Shown piece by piece: positions 1 to 13,421 of a DNA stretch of 64,000 nucleotides. The notes beneath the pieces are model-generated. The model had not been told where the DNA came from, searched no databases, and saw nothing but the letters and a program-made list of their open reading frames with translations. The stretch spans positions 116,684,001-116,748,000 of the forward strand of contig NC_042997.1 of assembly GCF_006345805.1 (NCBI RefSeq), in the 5' to 3' direction. Both the position numbers and the translations under genes were made by a program. Origin of the DNA: Octopus sinensis. Taxonomy: Eukaryota. Within the stretch, counting starts at the first letter, position 1. The number at the start of each line of letters is the position of its first letter.

Positions 1-440
1 GTTGTTTATTGGACACCCTGCGGGATGAAAAACAAAAGCCGTGAAAGGGCGGGGGAACTCTTGAGAATCAACGGCCATCCAATAAATGTCTTAAGGCTGT
101 ATCATGCGCGGGGACAGAGAAATAATCGGACTGAATACCCAATCTCGCGGTTAAACCTTTGGGAGTGAAGGACTCATAGCCTTTGTTAGGGCATCCTTCT
201 AGGAGAAGGTAACTCAGATAACTGGGATAACTCCGACATAAAACCTGCTGCTCAGTGGTTACCGATGATGTTGACTTCTTCTTCTTTTCGGATTATGGCT
301 GCTTTGCTTACTGAGTGGGATTGACTCAGTGCACAGCCTTTCCTCACTTAAAAAAAGGTCTTCTTGCACAGGCATTGCACGATAACAACATTGATTAAGC
401 TTCGTGCAATGGCCATACTCGATAACGAGGGGGCAGCCAC
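1..440 (+). mobile_element. Non-autonomous ~550-bp interspersed element, copy 1 (cut by the window start); possibly derived from RTE-LINE ends
   Basis: Near-identical to 49653-50087; both copies end at GATAACGAGGGGGCAGCCAC followed by a TA/TATG microsatellite; internal hairpins; no coding capacity. Confidence 0.75.
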
Positions 441-1075
441 CATATATATATATATATATATAAAGATTGAGGGTGGGCACTGACGTAGAGACACTTTCTT
501 TGGTTCGTCCTGTTGCTATTTTCTTTTCTTTTCGTCTTTTGTTTGTTTTTGTTCTGGTTTAGCCTCCTGATTAAACAAATTTATGGTGCTCCAGTAGAGA
601 GAGAGAGAGAGAGGGGGGAGGTTGCGAATGACGGACTTATTCAATGGTATTAGTGTTGATATTATTGCTGTTGTTGATGATGATGCTGTTGCTGATGTTC
701 AACCCCATGTCAGCTCTGTCCTAGTAGACCCACAATTAAAAAGATTAGAAAATTGCGTCCCTTTTCCCGAGAGAAATTCAACTGCTTTTTCCAGCCCGTT
801 GAACGACCACTTCGACTCTTCCATGTTGTTCATGCAGTTGCTATGGTTTAACTCCTGCTCAATCTTGATTCAACTGACATATGATCAACGGCATCCTGTA
901 CATAGTTTACCTAAGATTACATTATCCAATGTCCCTTTCATTTTATAATAGCGTAAGGTTTAAGACAGATCGACTTCTATTTCTAGGAGAGTAAGCGACC
1001 GCGTAGAGGTTCTGCGCTGGCTCGTTGATTGGCGATAATAGTGGTAGTTGATGGTATTGTTATTGTTGTGGAGAA

Positions 1076-1406
1076 GGCGCATGGCTCAGTGGTTGGAGCG
1101 TCGAGCTTACGATCGTGAAGTTGTGAGTTCGAATCTCGGACCGGGCTGCGTGTTGTGTTCTTAAGCAAGACACTTTATTTCACGTTGCTCCAGTTCATTC
1201 AACTGTAGAAATGAGTTGCGACGTCACAGGTGCCAAGCTGTATCGGCCTCTGCCTTTCTTTTGGATAACATCAGTAGCGTAGAGAAGAGAGGATGGTATG
1301 CATGGGCGACTGCTGGTCTTCCATAAACAAACTTGCGCGGAATTGTGCCTGGGAGGGTAACTTTCTAGGTGCAATCCTATGGTCAGTCATGACCGAAGGG
1401 GGTCTC
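1076..1406 (+). mobile_element. tRNA-derived SINE, family C
   Basis: A-box TGGCTCAGTGG, B-box GAGTTCGAATC, then GTGTTGTGTTCTTAAGCAAGACACTTTATTTCACGTTGCTCCAG body shared with copies at ~32.6, 41.0, 42.6 and 43.5 kb. Confidence 0.8.
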
Positions 1407-1967
1407 AGCAGTTATTGTTGTTGCTGTTGTCAAGTAGCCCATTCCTGCTCTTATTTTGCAAACCTATAACCAGAGATGTTTCTGGTATGACCAACATGAA
1501 TGTTTTAGGAATAGCGTGTAAAAGACCTCATAATCCAATGCGTTCATTTTTACATGTATGATTTAAAAAAAAATTGGCTGCTACTTCTAGCAGATTGAGT
1601 GACCACTGAGAGACTATTCACATAAGCTTGCTTGTTGATAGTCGTAATAGTGGTATTGTTTAGCTCCCACATCAGTCCTGATCCAACAGTCCCATGGCAG
1701 AATGCGTTTCAGTCATGAGCATCTTACCTTTGTGATAAGCAGCATATTTAGGGCATTATTCAATGCACTCGTCTCTTTTATGGTAGTAAGTTACGAGTTA
1801 TTAGATTTTGATTATTCTTTCTTGCATGTCGAGACACTACGTAGAGGTTTCTCCGTTTTGGTTAATCATTTAGACTGTGTGCTTGCGGCGCGTGATATCT
1901 AATCATAAACATTCCAGCTGGGTATCACACACATAATCTACATATAACGTATATATATATATTATAT

Positions 1968-2026
<59 letters not shown>

Positions 2027-2367
2027 CTAGCAGTATCATCCGGAGTTGCTCGAGTTTGTTTCGACCCTTTAGAATTGGAATTTTTGAAAAGTAAAAATTT
2101 TGTTGCCTTATGTAGCTCTTATTCTCTTTAAGTGAACATTTTTCTGGCGACACAGCAGTAAAAAAATCGTAAAAAATAGGGATTTTCATAGAAAAAAAAC
2201 ACCTTTTTGATGTAAATAATTTTTGGTGTTAACATGGTCTACGGAAGGAAGAGCAAGCCTTCTTCTACCATACTCTCAATTTTGGTCAACTTGCGCCGCA
2301 GGGTCTCGGAGGATATAGTGTTAGTTGAAGGCTACAAAACCTGCCACACACAGGCAACTTCAGCTTT
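2027..2367 (-). mobile_element. Non-autonomous Helitron
   Basis: CTAG 3' terminus at 2027-2030 with a degenerate subterminal hairpin; homologous to the opposite-strand copy at 59915-60270; sits in (TA)n. Confidence 0.75.
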
Positions 2368-2415
<48 letters not shown>

Positions 2416-3086
2416 AACCACTAAAGAAATGTCACACTGTAAGAGATTATTTGTTTCACACGCGATATTGAGATTATATGGATTTTATCACATTTCTAGG
2501 TAGTTTCACATCAGGAAGATACCACTGACCCACAACACCACTCTCTTTTGAGGACACAAGGATTGCATGTAGGGTTCGAATTTGTTCATTTTTCGTGAAC
2601 ATAATAATGATCGCGAACGCATCGTTTTGAAAAGCATGATGCAGGATCAAAACGTTGACTTATTGGGTATAAAAGCACCCAAATTTACCAGCCTTTCATT
2701 TGTTTCTCGAACGCAACACGCATGCCAAGACTGAGACGAAATCAGAGGGAGTAAGCCATTGTGGTTAACATCCATGGTTCATTGAACTGCAGTATTCGGA
2801 AAATTGAGTGGTTGATGGCCTTCAATCGTTTGGTGCATTCAATGTGAATAATGTGCTTGGCGGTAATCAACTCTAACGCTGGTCACTCGAGATATTGAAT
2901 TCATCACTTTGAATTCAGGACACTCCGTCATCACGTGACATCATGTGACGTCAAACATGTTTCAGGAAATGACGTTTTACATTAGGAAAGAACGGTTTCT
3001 TAATTAGCACTCTTCAATCAAATTAGCAGTCTGCTAATAAACCAGTTTCTATTTAGTATGTGTGCGACGTTTCTTTTGTGGTTCAG

Positions 3087-3119
<33 letters not shown>

Positions 3120-3132
3120 TTGTGTGTGTGTA

Positions 3133-4021
3133 TTGGGTCATCCATTAAATAACGCGGTTTTTTCAATTCCATGAGCTTTAGTCGGAGGGGGACGGGATAA
3201 ACTACCTGCATCAACTTGCTGTAAAAGCCGGTAGTAATTTTACCTTGTCTTTATTCTTAGTGCAAGTTGTGAAGAGTGCAGTTCAATTTTAACAGTTACA
3301 TTTTCAAAGCTATTATGGAAGTGACAAAGGAGCATATTTAGCATATTTTGCTTTATGAGTTCAATAAAGTCAACAACGCAACGGAAAGTGCGAGGAATAT
3401 TAATGAATTATATGGGGATTGGACAACAAACGTAAGCCAGTTTCTACGGTGGTTCCAGAAATTCAGAGCCGAAAACTACGGCCTAGAAGACGATAATCGT
3501 CCTGGAAGATTTATAGAACTCGACGAGGATGCCCTGCAAACCCTGGAGGAACAAAATCCCATCGTAACTGTTCAGGAACTAGTAGAGAAACTTGGATTTG
3601 GCCACTCGACCAGTCATTCAAGTTAGCGCTAGAAGAAAAATGACCATCTTTGGATAATGCTTGGCTACATACAGCGTGGATGACATTCCAAAGGCTGGAG
3701 TAGTTTGAATGAGAAACAATGCCCCACCCATCATATTAGCCGGACATTGCCCCTTTTGCGTATAATTTATTCCGCAGTCTTCAAAATCATTTGGACGGAA
3801 AAAATACATAATTTTGTTGACGAGGTCAGAACAGAACTGGAGGAGTATTTTTCGGCATGGACAAGTGAATTTTAGAAGAAGGCTTTGCAAGTCTATCAGA
3901 TAATTGGAAGAATATTGTAGAAAATGAAGGAGAGTATATTTTAGATTAACAGGAACTTTGTCTTAATTTTGAATAATAAAAGGAAGTATAAAAAACCCAC
4001 ATTATTTATGGAACGACCTAA
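3133..4021 (+). mobile_element. Internally deleted mariner (D,D34D-type) DNA transposon
   Basis: Imperfect ~25-bp TIRs (TTGGGTCATCCATTAAATAACGCGG / CCACATTATTTATGGAACGACCTAA) flanked by TA; decayed transposase MEVTKEHI*HILLYEF...WFQKFR...RPGR (HTH) from 3315 and LDNAWLHTA...HPSY*PDIAP...LFRSLQNHLDGK (HDNARPH/YSPDLAP motifs); central part missing. Confidence 0.9.
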
Positions 4022-4245
4022 TACACATGATAGGATAAGAAATAGAAAGTTTTTAGAACAGTTTTATATATTTGAAAAAATGAATAGAAATGACTTTTCT
4101 ACTAATTTTTCTACTTTAATAGTTAGGTGTTTATAAGTTATATGTTTATATACTTATAGACATCTAATTATTAAAGTGGAAATATCGTCAGAAAAACCAT
4201 TTCTATTAATTTTTTTTCAAATATATCCGTCTGTGTGTGTGTTTA

Positions 4246-4281
<36 letters not shown>

Positions 4282-4349
4282 TGTGTGTGTATTCCATATA
4301 TATATGTGTTTGTGTGTGTGTGCATGTGCGTGCGTGATGAACGGACTCC

Positions 4350-4975
4350 AATGAGGCTAGTGTTGCTTAGTGTCGGCAAGATTTATATTATTTATTAAAA
4401 TCGATGAAAAGAGTATCGTGGACTTGCTGTGAGGAGTAGTAAATCCAATGTTTCCAACAGAATCCTTCTTCAGGAAAAATTTAAAAGGAGAGAAAACAAT
4501 GAGAGACAGCAGTTTTACATCTAAGTCAAAAAGAATTGGTTGCAACTGATAAGGAACACAAGACCACGTAAGCTTCATACGTGAACAAAATGTGGTAGGA
4601 CAATAAGGTATGATCGAAGCATACTACTCTTTCCTTCTTCCTTCTCACACTATTTCTCCTCCTACTTCTTTTTCACATTGTTACTCCCTTTACTTTCTTT
4701 TCACACTGTTTCACCTCCTACTTCCCGAGCACATTGTTACTTCCCTTACTTCCTTTTCACAGTTTCTTCTCCTAGTTTTTGTTCTTAAAGCTCACGTGGT
4801 CTTGCATTCCTCAGTTGTAGTCAGTATATTTTCTCTTTAACTTAGGGGAAGTGAAACTCCACTGTTTCTCATTTATTTCTCTACTTCTAACTTTCATTTG
4901 AAGAAGGACTTTCGCCGAAACGTTGGATTTTCCACTTCGCAGGGTATGTTTATTGTCCTCATTTTATCGACTTTG
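4350..4975 (+). mobile_element. Possible decayed Penelope-like 3' end
   Basis: KKNWLQLIRNTRPRKLHT* resembles the GIY-YIG C-terminal E..WI..L.T..P.GLN motif; pyrimidine-rich UTR; HHR-like TTGAAGA-AGG..CC-GAAACGTT at 4898-4924; ends in TA/TATG repeat. Confidence 0.3.
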
Positions 4976-5058
4976 CTAATAGTCCATAAAATACATACAT
5001 ATATATGTATGTATGTATATAGATATATAAATGTGTGTGTATGTATGTATATATATGC

Positions 5059-5099
<41 letters not shown>

Positions 5100-5229
5100 A
5101 GTATATATATATATATGTATGTATATATGTATGTATATATATATTTATGTTTATATATATGTGTGTATATATATGTGCGTGTATATATGTATATATACAT
5201 AGATAGATAGATAAACAGACAGTTAGATA

Positions 5230-5244
5230 GACAGACATACAGAC

Positions 5245-5321
<77 letters not shown>

Positions 5322-5322
5322 T

Positions 5323-5352
<30 letters not shown>
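5230..5352. repeat. (GATA)n/(GACA)n microsatellite
   Basis: Direct reading. Confidence 0.95.
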
Positions 5353-5355
<3 letters not shown>

Positions 5356-5879
5356 TCAGTTAGGCCGAGGAAATGTTGCATTACCTAATGTCTTTGAAAG
5401 GCTTTTCAGGCATTTGTAATCAATGAACTTATGTTGAGTTTGAACCTCTGTTTGAAATTATTTATAAATTTCACGTGGGACATGGCTTCCATAAGGTTTC
5501 GATCTGCAACGTAATGTGGCGGAAGAGATTAAGAAATATTCATGTTTCGGTATTTGTTATACGAATACACGTATTAATGAGCGTGATTGTTGCGGATATT
5601 TAACCCTAACTAGGCCTTGGTTGAACTGGATACACCTCGGTATCTCAAGTAACAGCATTGCTGCATGGCACCAATGACGTCATAACAATATTATAGTCAC
5701 GCCAACCTAAGTAATGCATTGGGAGTCCCTATATAAAACCACAGCATACATAGATTAGCATAGGGCTCCTACATCTGTAGAGAGCCTGGGTAACTATGTC
5801 CATACCTGAATACGGCACTGCTTAGAACCACTGGTGGGGGCGATAATGTCGGAAGGTTTCGAAAACGTTGTGATCTTTC

Positions 5880-6358
5880 ATTATCATCATTGTTCAACCG
5901 TGGTCGAGACAATGGAATTTACTATGTTACGCCAGATTTCACGGTCCATCATAGCATTACGGAGGTCCTGTTGCTGGATGCCTGTATCCCTTGAGATTAC
6001 ATCTGGGTAGGAGAGTGTGCGCCCTCTGGTATCGCGAGCAGACGCCTTCCAGAGGAGGAGAGTAGAAATTACCTCGTTTTCAGCTCTACAACAATGTCCA
6101 GCAAACTAGACTCTTCTACCTTTCACAAGAGATGATACAGGTGGTAATTTCCATATATTTGTACTTTGGTTAGATGACGCTTCCACGAGAGATTTTGAGC
6201 TCTCATAAGGAGGTGAGTGTAAGTTCCATCCAACCGCCTCTCAAGCTTCTTTGATAACGTCCAGGTTTCTGAGCCATATAGTAGAATTGGTTCGACTGTG
6301 GCTTTGAAGATTTTAGTCGGTAGCCTCTGAAGGGAATAGTCTGCGATGCATGTTGTTA
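5880..6358 (-). mobile_element. 5'-truncated RTE-type LINE (post-RT C-terminal fragment with (TGA)n tail)
   Basis: Minus strand encodes KIFKATVEPILLYGSETWTLSKKLERRLDGTYTHLL, typical of RTE-clade ORF ends; terminates in TGATGATAATGA. Confidence 0.8.
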
Positions 6359-7399
6359 ATAAAATATAAATATCAGAACATTACTTTAGGATACATCTAA
6401 AAACGCGTGTAGGCACGTGCATGTACGTGTGTAACGGGACACTTTTTGTCTAATTCTAAGTCATTGTCAATATTCTAGATAGTTCACATTGATCTTCTGT
6501 TGGTACGCAACTTATTCCGACACATTCACACGCATGCACGTTCATAAGCACTTAGTAGGGATTCTTTTATTAATATTATGCTGTCCATGCATTAACAACA
6601 ACAACCGCAACAACGATAACAGGCACTAATTACATCACGTATGACACGTCTCTGAAGACCTGTGAAGGTTATGAACACTGTCCTTCTGTCATGAATATAC
6701 CACAATGAAAAAAAGCAGAAATCAAATTTAATAGAAAACGGCGTAGCTGAGAATAAAAACTGACTTACACTGGATACTTCAACTGACTAGATGGTTGCTC
6801 ATGGTAACTATATTATTAGCATAATATATAACACAAGCCTAAACTCTCAGATAGAGCATTCTTGTGACAAACTAAACACCAGACTCCACGACAAAACTAT
6901 TTTCTCATTAACGACAGAAACCTGACGCCAGCGATGGTTTAAAAAGTCTAAGAACCGAAACACGTGCGGCATTGTCGCCCCTAATTGCCATGATCAAAAT
7001 GAAATTAATATTCGGTCATTGAGGGATTATTTTCTGCCTCTTATCCCACACTTCATATGTATTATCAATTGATTTTTTCCTGCTCCTTATATCGATCACT
7101 ATTTTGATTTTTTGTTGTTTTTGTGTGTGGAAAGATACCATCTTTGAGTAATTTCACTCAGTCATATATATCTATACATACATACATACATATATAATAT
7201 ATATATATATATAATCTATATAGATATATAATATATATATATATAATATATATATATATTATATATATATATATAATAACATATACATATATATAAAAAA
7301 CTTCAGATGAGAAACTGACACCATACTTTTCTAACTAGTCTTGTCAGCATAATAATAATAAAAAAATATACATAGCTGCCATAATGATTGCTTCCTCAT

Positions 7400-7539
7400 A
7401 GTCATCGTCGTCATCATCATCATCATCTTCTTCTTCATCTTCATCTTCTTCTTCATTTTCATCTTCATCTTCATCTTCTTCTTCTTCTTCTTCTTCTTTT
7501 CTTCTTCTTCTTCTTCTTCCCCCTCTTCATTATCATCCT

Positions 7540-7571
<32 letters not shown>

Positions 7572-7870
7572 CAATATCATCTTATTTCACTATCACATTT
7601 CACTTTCTTTCTAAGTTTTATGACTTCCACCACCCACACAACCACCACCGTTCATCATTATCATCATCACCACCATCAATATCATCAGCATCAGCATTAT
7701 CATCACTACCAATACCACCACCACCATCACAATCATCATCATTATCATCCTCCCACCTCCTCCTTCCCCTCTCTCCCTCCCCTCCTTCTCCTCCTCGCCC
7801 TCCTTCCCCTCCTCCTCCTCCTCCTCCTCCTCCTCCTCATAATCATCATCATCTTCATCATCACTACTAT
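7400..7870. repeat. Compound triplet repeat (TCA/TCT/CCA/CCT)n
   Basis: Direct reading; source of the spurious His/Pro/Leu-rich ORFs. Confidence 0.95.
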
Positions 7871-8424
7871 CCACTTTTACAGAACCGTCTTTCTAGCCAT
7901 GTAAATTGTTCTATCCATTCTTCAACTCCACTTTTTGTTACACTCTAGTCAATTGCCCACCATCACCCTCATTCACATTAATGGCACTACTTTATTTCTT
8001 CTGCCAATAGCTAAATAAGTCGTACCTTTTCTTGTTGTTAGTTAGCTGCTGACGTATTTCGAACGAAACAAATGCCTTTTGTTGGACTCATTATTTTATT
8101 AAACGCCACACACACACACACACACACACACATGCAAACATATACACGTGCAAACATATAACACAAATCAACGAAGGATATTCTTCTTGATCTGCTAAAA
8201 ATAGCAGAGTAATTTCCTTGAAATCGTTCCCCACTGTTTCACAAATTGATAGCGCACGAGATAATGTAATCACATGAGTAAATCGAGAAAAACTAAGTAA
8301 AATGCATAAAAGACAGGGTTATCAACCAGTCTTTTGATTATGGAAATGCTTATTCAATTGGATTTGGAGATAAATAACATAACACGCATACACAGACGCA
8401 CACATGCATACACACCCTTTCATT

Positions 8425-8631
8425 TTAGCACGCCGGGCGAAATGCGTAGCCGTAATTCGTCTGCCGTTACGTTCTGATTTCAAATTCCGCCGAGGTGGAC
8501 TTTGCCTTTTATCCTTTCGGGGTCGATAAATTAAGTACCAGTTACGCACTGGGGTGATGTAATCGACTTAATCCGTTTGTCTGTCCTTGTTTGTCTCCTC
8601 TATGTTTAGCCCCTTGTGGGTAATAAAGAAA
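8425..8631 (+). mobile_element. tRNA-derived SINE, family A (5'-truncated) with (ATT)n tail
   Basis: GCACGCCGGGCGAAATGCGTAGC...TTCAAATTCCGCCGAGG...GTCGATAAATTAAGTACCAG...CCCCTTGTGGGTAATAAAGAAA, matching many copies in the window. Confidence 0.9.
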
Positions 8632-8633
8632 CA

Positions 8634-8689
<56 letters not shown>

Positions 8690-8832
8690 TATTATTATTA
8701 TTATCATTATTATTATTATTCCTTCGTAACACAGTGTAGGTAAGAATGCACCGGAGCCATTAGTCATCTGTCAAGTTACAACAAAGACCTCAGACAGATA
8801 ATACTTTCCTTATGATGTGCGCTGTGCCTATA

Positions 8833-9115
8833 AGGCTGCTTTTTGCAACATTCTATAATAATAATAATGATAATAATAATAATAATAATAGTAATAATAA
8901 TAATGATAATAATGATAATAATAATAATGATAATAATAATAATGATAATAATAATAATGATAATAATAATAATGATAATAATGATAATAATTATAATGAT
9001 AATAATAATGATAATAATGATAATAATAACAATAATGATAATAATAATGATAATAATAATGATGATAATAATAATGATAATAATAATGATAATAATAATA
9101 ATGATAATAATAATT
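8833..9115. repeat. (AAT/GAT)n compound microsatellite
   Basis: Direct reading. Confidence 0.95.
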
Positions 9116-9682
9116 ACCAGGCAGTGGCTATGCCCTGATGCAGTACCAGGCTGTGGCTCTCATGGCTTCTGATCTTAACTGATTGGAAGTGTTATCATGT
9201 ACATTGATTTGTCTTGGTATACAAGATGGGCTACAGCAAATATTCTGCTCAATACCACAGATTTGCTAGTCAGTTGTTTGACCTTAACCAGTTGAGCATG
9301 TCCCTTAGTGGCTGACGATATGTGCATCTCTGATCACGAGCAGAAGTAGTGGGGGAGCATCATAGCCACGTGTTGAGAGGGATTCTTTGGGGCTTGAATA
9401 ATTCACCTCTGGAAACATGGGTGGTTCTTTCAACATCCTTAAACAACCCTTATTCAGGGACCTTTTGAGTGGGATGGGTTACTCGACCTGAAGAAAATTC
9501 TAACCGGGCCCCACCTGCAAGGTCATGTGCTGTTTATCTTGATATGAGATCACCATGTCGCGCACATATGGTTGTGATGCATGTGCCTCGTGTACCCTTA
9601 TCAGACGGGTAGTCATGATGGGTATATTGGCTTCGTACATTTTACCCAGTGGCACTTTGATGCCTGAACTGCTCTCTCACTC
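9116..9682 (+). mobile_element. ~565-bp non-coding interspersed element in an (AAT)n tract, copy 1
   Basis: Highly similar to 9759-10295; flanked on both sides by (AAT)n; shared 3' end CTGCTCTCTCACT. Confidence 0.8.
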
Positions 9683-9758
<76 letters not shown>

Positions 9759-9759
<1 letters not shown>

Positions 9760-10295
9760 AGGCAGTGGCTCTCATGGCTTCTGATCTTAACTGATTGGAA
9801 GTGTTATCATGTACATTGTTTCGTTTTGGTATAAAAGATAGGCTACAGCAAATATTCTGCTCAATACCACAGATTTGCCTGTCAGTTGTTTGACCTTAAC
9901 TAGTTGAGCATGTCCTTTAGTGGCTGACGATATGTGCATCTCTGACCATGAGCAGAAGTAGTGGGGGAGCATCATAGCCATGTGTTGAGAGGAATTCTTT
10001 GGGGTTTGCATAAATCACCTCTGGAAACATGGGGGTTTCGTTCAACATCCTTAAACAACCCTTATTCAGGGACCTTTTGAGTGGGATAGGTTACTCGACC
10101 AGAAAAAATTCTAACTGGGTCCCACATGCAAGGTCATGCGCTGTTTATCTTGCTATGGAATCACCATGTCACGCACATATGGTTGTGATGCATGTATCTA
10201 GTGTACCCTTATGAGACGGGTAGTCATGATGGGTATACTGGGCTTCGTATATTTTACCCCAGTGTCACTTTAATGGCATGCACTGCTCTCTCACT
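9759..10295 (+). mobile_element. Same (AAT)n-associated element, tandem copy 2 (slightly 5'-truncated)
   Basis: Direct repeat of ~9148-9682 with scattered substitutions; (AAT)n spacer 9683-9758 and tail 10296-10405. Confidence 0.8.
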
Positions 10296-10296
10296 A

Positions 10297-10361
<65 letters not shown>

Positions 10362-10409
10362 TAATAAAAATAATAAAATAATAATATAATAATAATAATA
10401 ATAATATTA

Positions 10410-10455
<46 letters not shown>

Positions 10456-10513
10456 ATTATTTTATTATGCTTTGCTTTTGTTTTAAGTCTCAGCCAGAAT
10501 TGTCAAAGAGTTG

Positions 10514-10578
<65 letters not shown>

Positions 10579-10583
10579 AAATC

Positions 10584-10615
<32 letters not shown>

Positions 10616-11209
10616 CGTCATTGCGCCTTTGCCAATATTTGTTCCCTCTTTATAGTCACATTCTTCCCTATTGTTGCATTCTTCCCATATTTATAGTAAT
10701 GTATTCATATCTAGGCATCAATATTCATTTGTTTGTTCACTTGTTTATTTACAAGCACGCGAACGAACAAATATTGACGCTAGAATGTTATCTTCTCGTC
10801 ATCTGTACATTAGCAATGCTTTGTTTAATTTCCTAACCACATGCAACACTTATTATGTTGTCTCATGCTGGTTTTAGCTGTCATATTTTCTCTGTCGACA
10901 CATCAAATCAGCCCCGCAAAATCTTGATTATATGGATTCCAAAATATCTTTGTCAGTCAGGAAATAATTTTCTTCATTCTTTTTGCGCGGCCATCGTAAT
11001 CGCGAAAACATTTACAAATTACAATAAGAGTATTACACACGCACACCCACCCACCCACACCCACCCACCCACACGTACGCACAAAACATACACATATGCA
11101 CATATGTGTGTGTACATATACATATACATATATATATTCATGATTAAATATAAAGACAACAAACGGAAAATATGACATACCTGTATATATATATATCTAT
11201 GCATATACA

Positions 11210-11255
<46 letters not shown>

Positions 11256-11423
11256 TAATATATATATGTATAATATATATATATGTATATATATAATGTG
11301 TATATATAATATATATATATATATAATTATATAATATAATAATATATAAATATGCATATATACATACATATATGTACATACCTACATATATATGTATATA
11401 CATGCATATATGGGTAATTATAT

Positions 11424-11470
<47 letters not shown>

Positions 11471-11942
11471 ATATATATACATATATATACATAGATATAT
11501 TTACTCATACACATATATCTAGTTAAAAAAACACTAAAGGAATAAGCATACGAACATACACTAAGCGCACAGACGAACGGAAAACCCAAAAGGTCACCAA
11601 CACTTCTTCAGTTATCGACCAGAGGGTCGAGCACCCAATTCCAGCCATTATCGATAATATTGCTTCCAATCTGGAGGCACCGGCAAGAAACTTGCCGGGA
11701 ATCGAACTAAAACATAACAAAACGAGACGGGCTCGAGACGATACCGTTAGTGGACGGACGAAAGACAAGACAATAAACAGAATAAAGGCTTAGGGCCACA
11801 CGAAGACAACAATTAATGTGATAATAATACATATACTGCAAAAAAAAAAAAAGCATTAGAGCTGCATCACAACACAAAAATGGGTAACGTGAAGGAGAAA
11901 TGAAAAACAGTCCTAAAGGACTATAGAGACGGGGTTTGGGTA

Positions 11943-12230
11943 GAGCGAGCAGCTCAGAAAATCGTGACAAGTCCAGTCGAAGGCAACGCGAAAAATGATG
12001 ACACCGCTTTAGGCCGTCACGGATCACGTGATAGTGGGATGAGGGTAACAGAGAAAGACAGAGAGTGAGTGTGTGAGAGAGAGAGAGAGAGAGAGGAAAT
12101 TAATACAAGCGAGGAACTCAGAAAGTCGTAACTAGTCCGGTCGAAAGTAATGCGAAAAAGAATGACACGACCTTAAGCCGCCACAGATCACGTGATATTA
12201 GGAGGAGCTAACAGAGAAAAACAGACAGCG
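11943..12230 (+). repeat. Diverged tandem duplication of a ~125-bp unit, each followed by (GA)n
   Basis: AGCGAGCAGCTCAGAAAATCGTGAC...GATCACGTGATA vs AGCGAGGAACTCAGAAAGTCGTAAC...GATCACGTGATA. Confidence 0.75.
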
Positions 12231-12487
12231 AGAAAGAAAGAGAGAGAGAGAGAGGGAGGGAGAGAGAGAGAGAGAGAGAGAGAAAGAAAGAAAGGAAATA
12301 AGAGATGCAAAGTAAAGGAAAGAGACAGAGTGCACAAAAATATTCCAAGAATATTTCTACAAATGGGTAAAAAATTAATGAGTGCGTGCGTTACATAATT
12401 ATTATTTTCAGGATTAAATTATTTTATATGTATGTATGTATATATATAATTATATGTATGTATGTATGTATATTATATATATGTATG

Positions 12488-12520
<33 letters not shown>

Positions 12521-12674
12521 TATATGTATGTATATATATATATGTATGTATCTATATATATGTATATATATATATATATGTATGTATTTATATATATATA
12601 TGTATGTATATATATATATGTATGTATATATATATATATATATGTATGTATATATATATATGTATGTAATTATA

Positions 12675-12743
<69 letters not shown>

Positions 12744-13349
12744 GTATTATGTATGTATGTATGTATGTATGTATATATATATATATCAGAAGAAAATGGA
12801 AGGAAAACCTTTGCTGCGGAGGACAGATTTCGGTTGGTTAAATTCCGTTATCGTGGGAAATACAAAACACATGAAAAATTCATCGAAATATTAGGTTTCA
12901 AACGCTCCAGTATCACAATCCAAAGAAAAGCAGTAGTACAAAACCTCACGATCGTTTCGGAGAATGCGTTTGTACTGGCCGAGTTTTCCAGTCAACACAA
13001 ATAGTCGCATTTCCTGTATGAGAGATACAAAAGAATTCGATTAAAATAGTTTTAAAATTTGAGAAAGTTTAAAATATCTCTTATTTACAGAACTTGAAAT
13101 CATCGTATAATGTTATAGTTTTTTTTTTTAAAGTTCGCAAGGATATAGAAAAAAGCTTTGTGAAGTGAAAAAAGGTTGTGGGATAACACATTTGTGCGAA
13201 TGAAAATTAACTTATTTGTAAAAATATAAAAGCGAATACTATATCGGATAAGAGAAAGGAATGAAAACTAAAATTTCGAGTTAAATCAAGTTAACCATTT
13301 AAATAAACAGTTGGATTGTTGATGATTAAAAATAGTTAAATAATTAAAA

Positions 13350-13421
<72 letters not shown>

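Noticed and set aside
622-948. 108-aa ORF as a host exon
   Set aside because: No recognisable domain or convincing splice context on either strand
4898-4926. Minimal hammerhead TTGAAGA-AGG..CC-GAAACGTT
   Set aside because: No valid cleavage triplet or stem I; at most a decayed relic
6925-6975. HHR-like GGTT/AACC-GAAACACGTG
   Set aside because: CUGANGA core not recoverable
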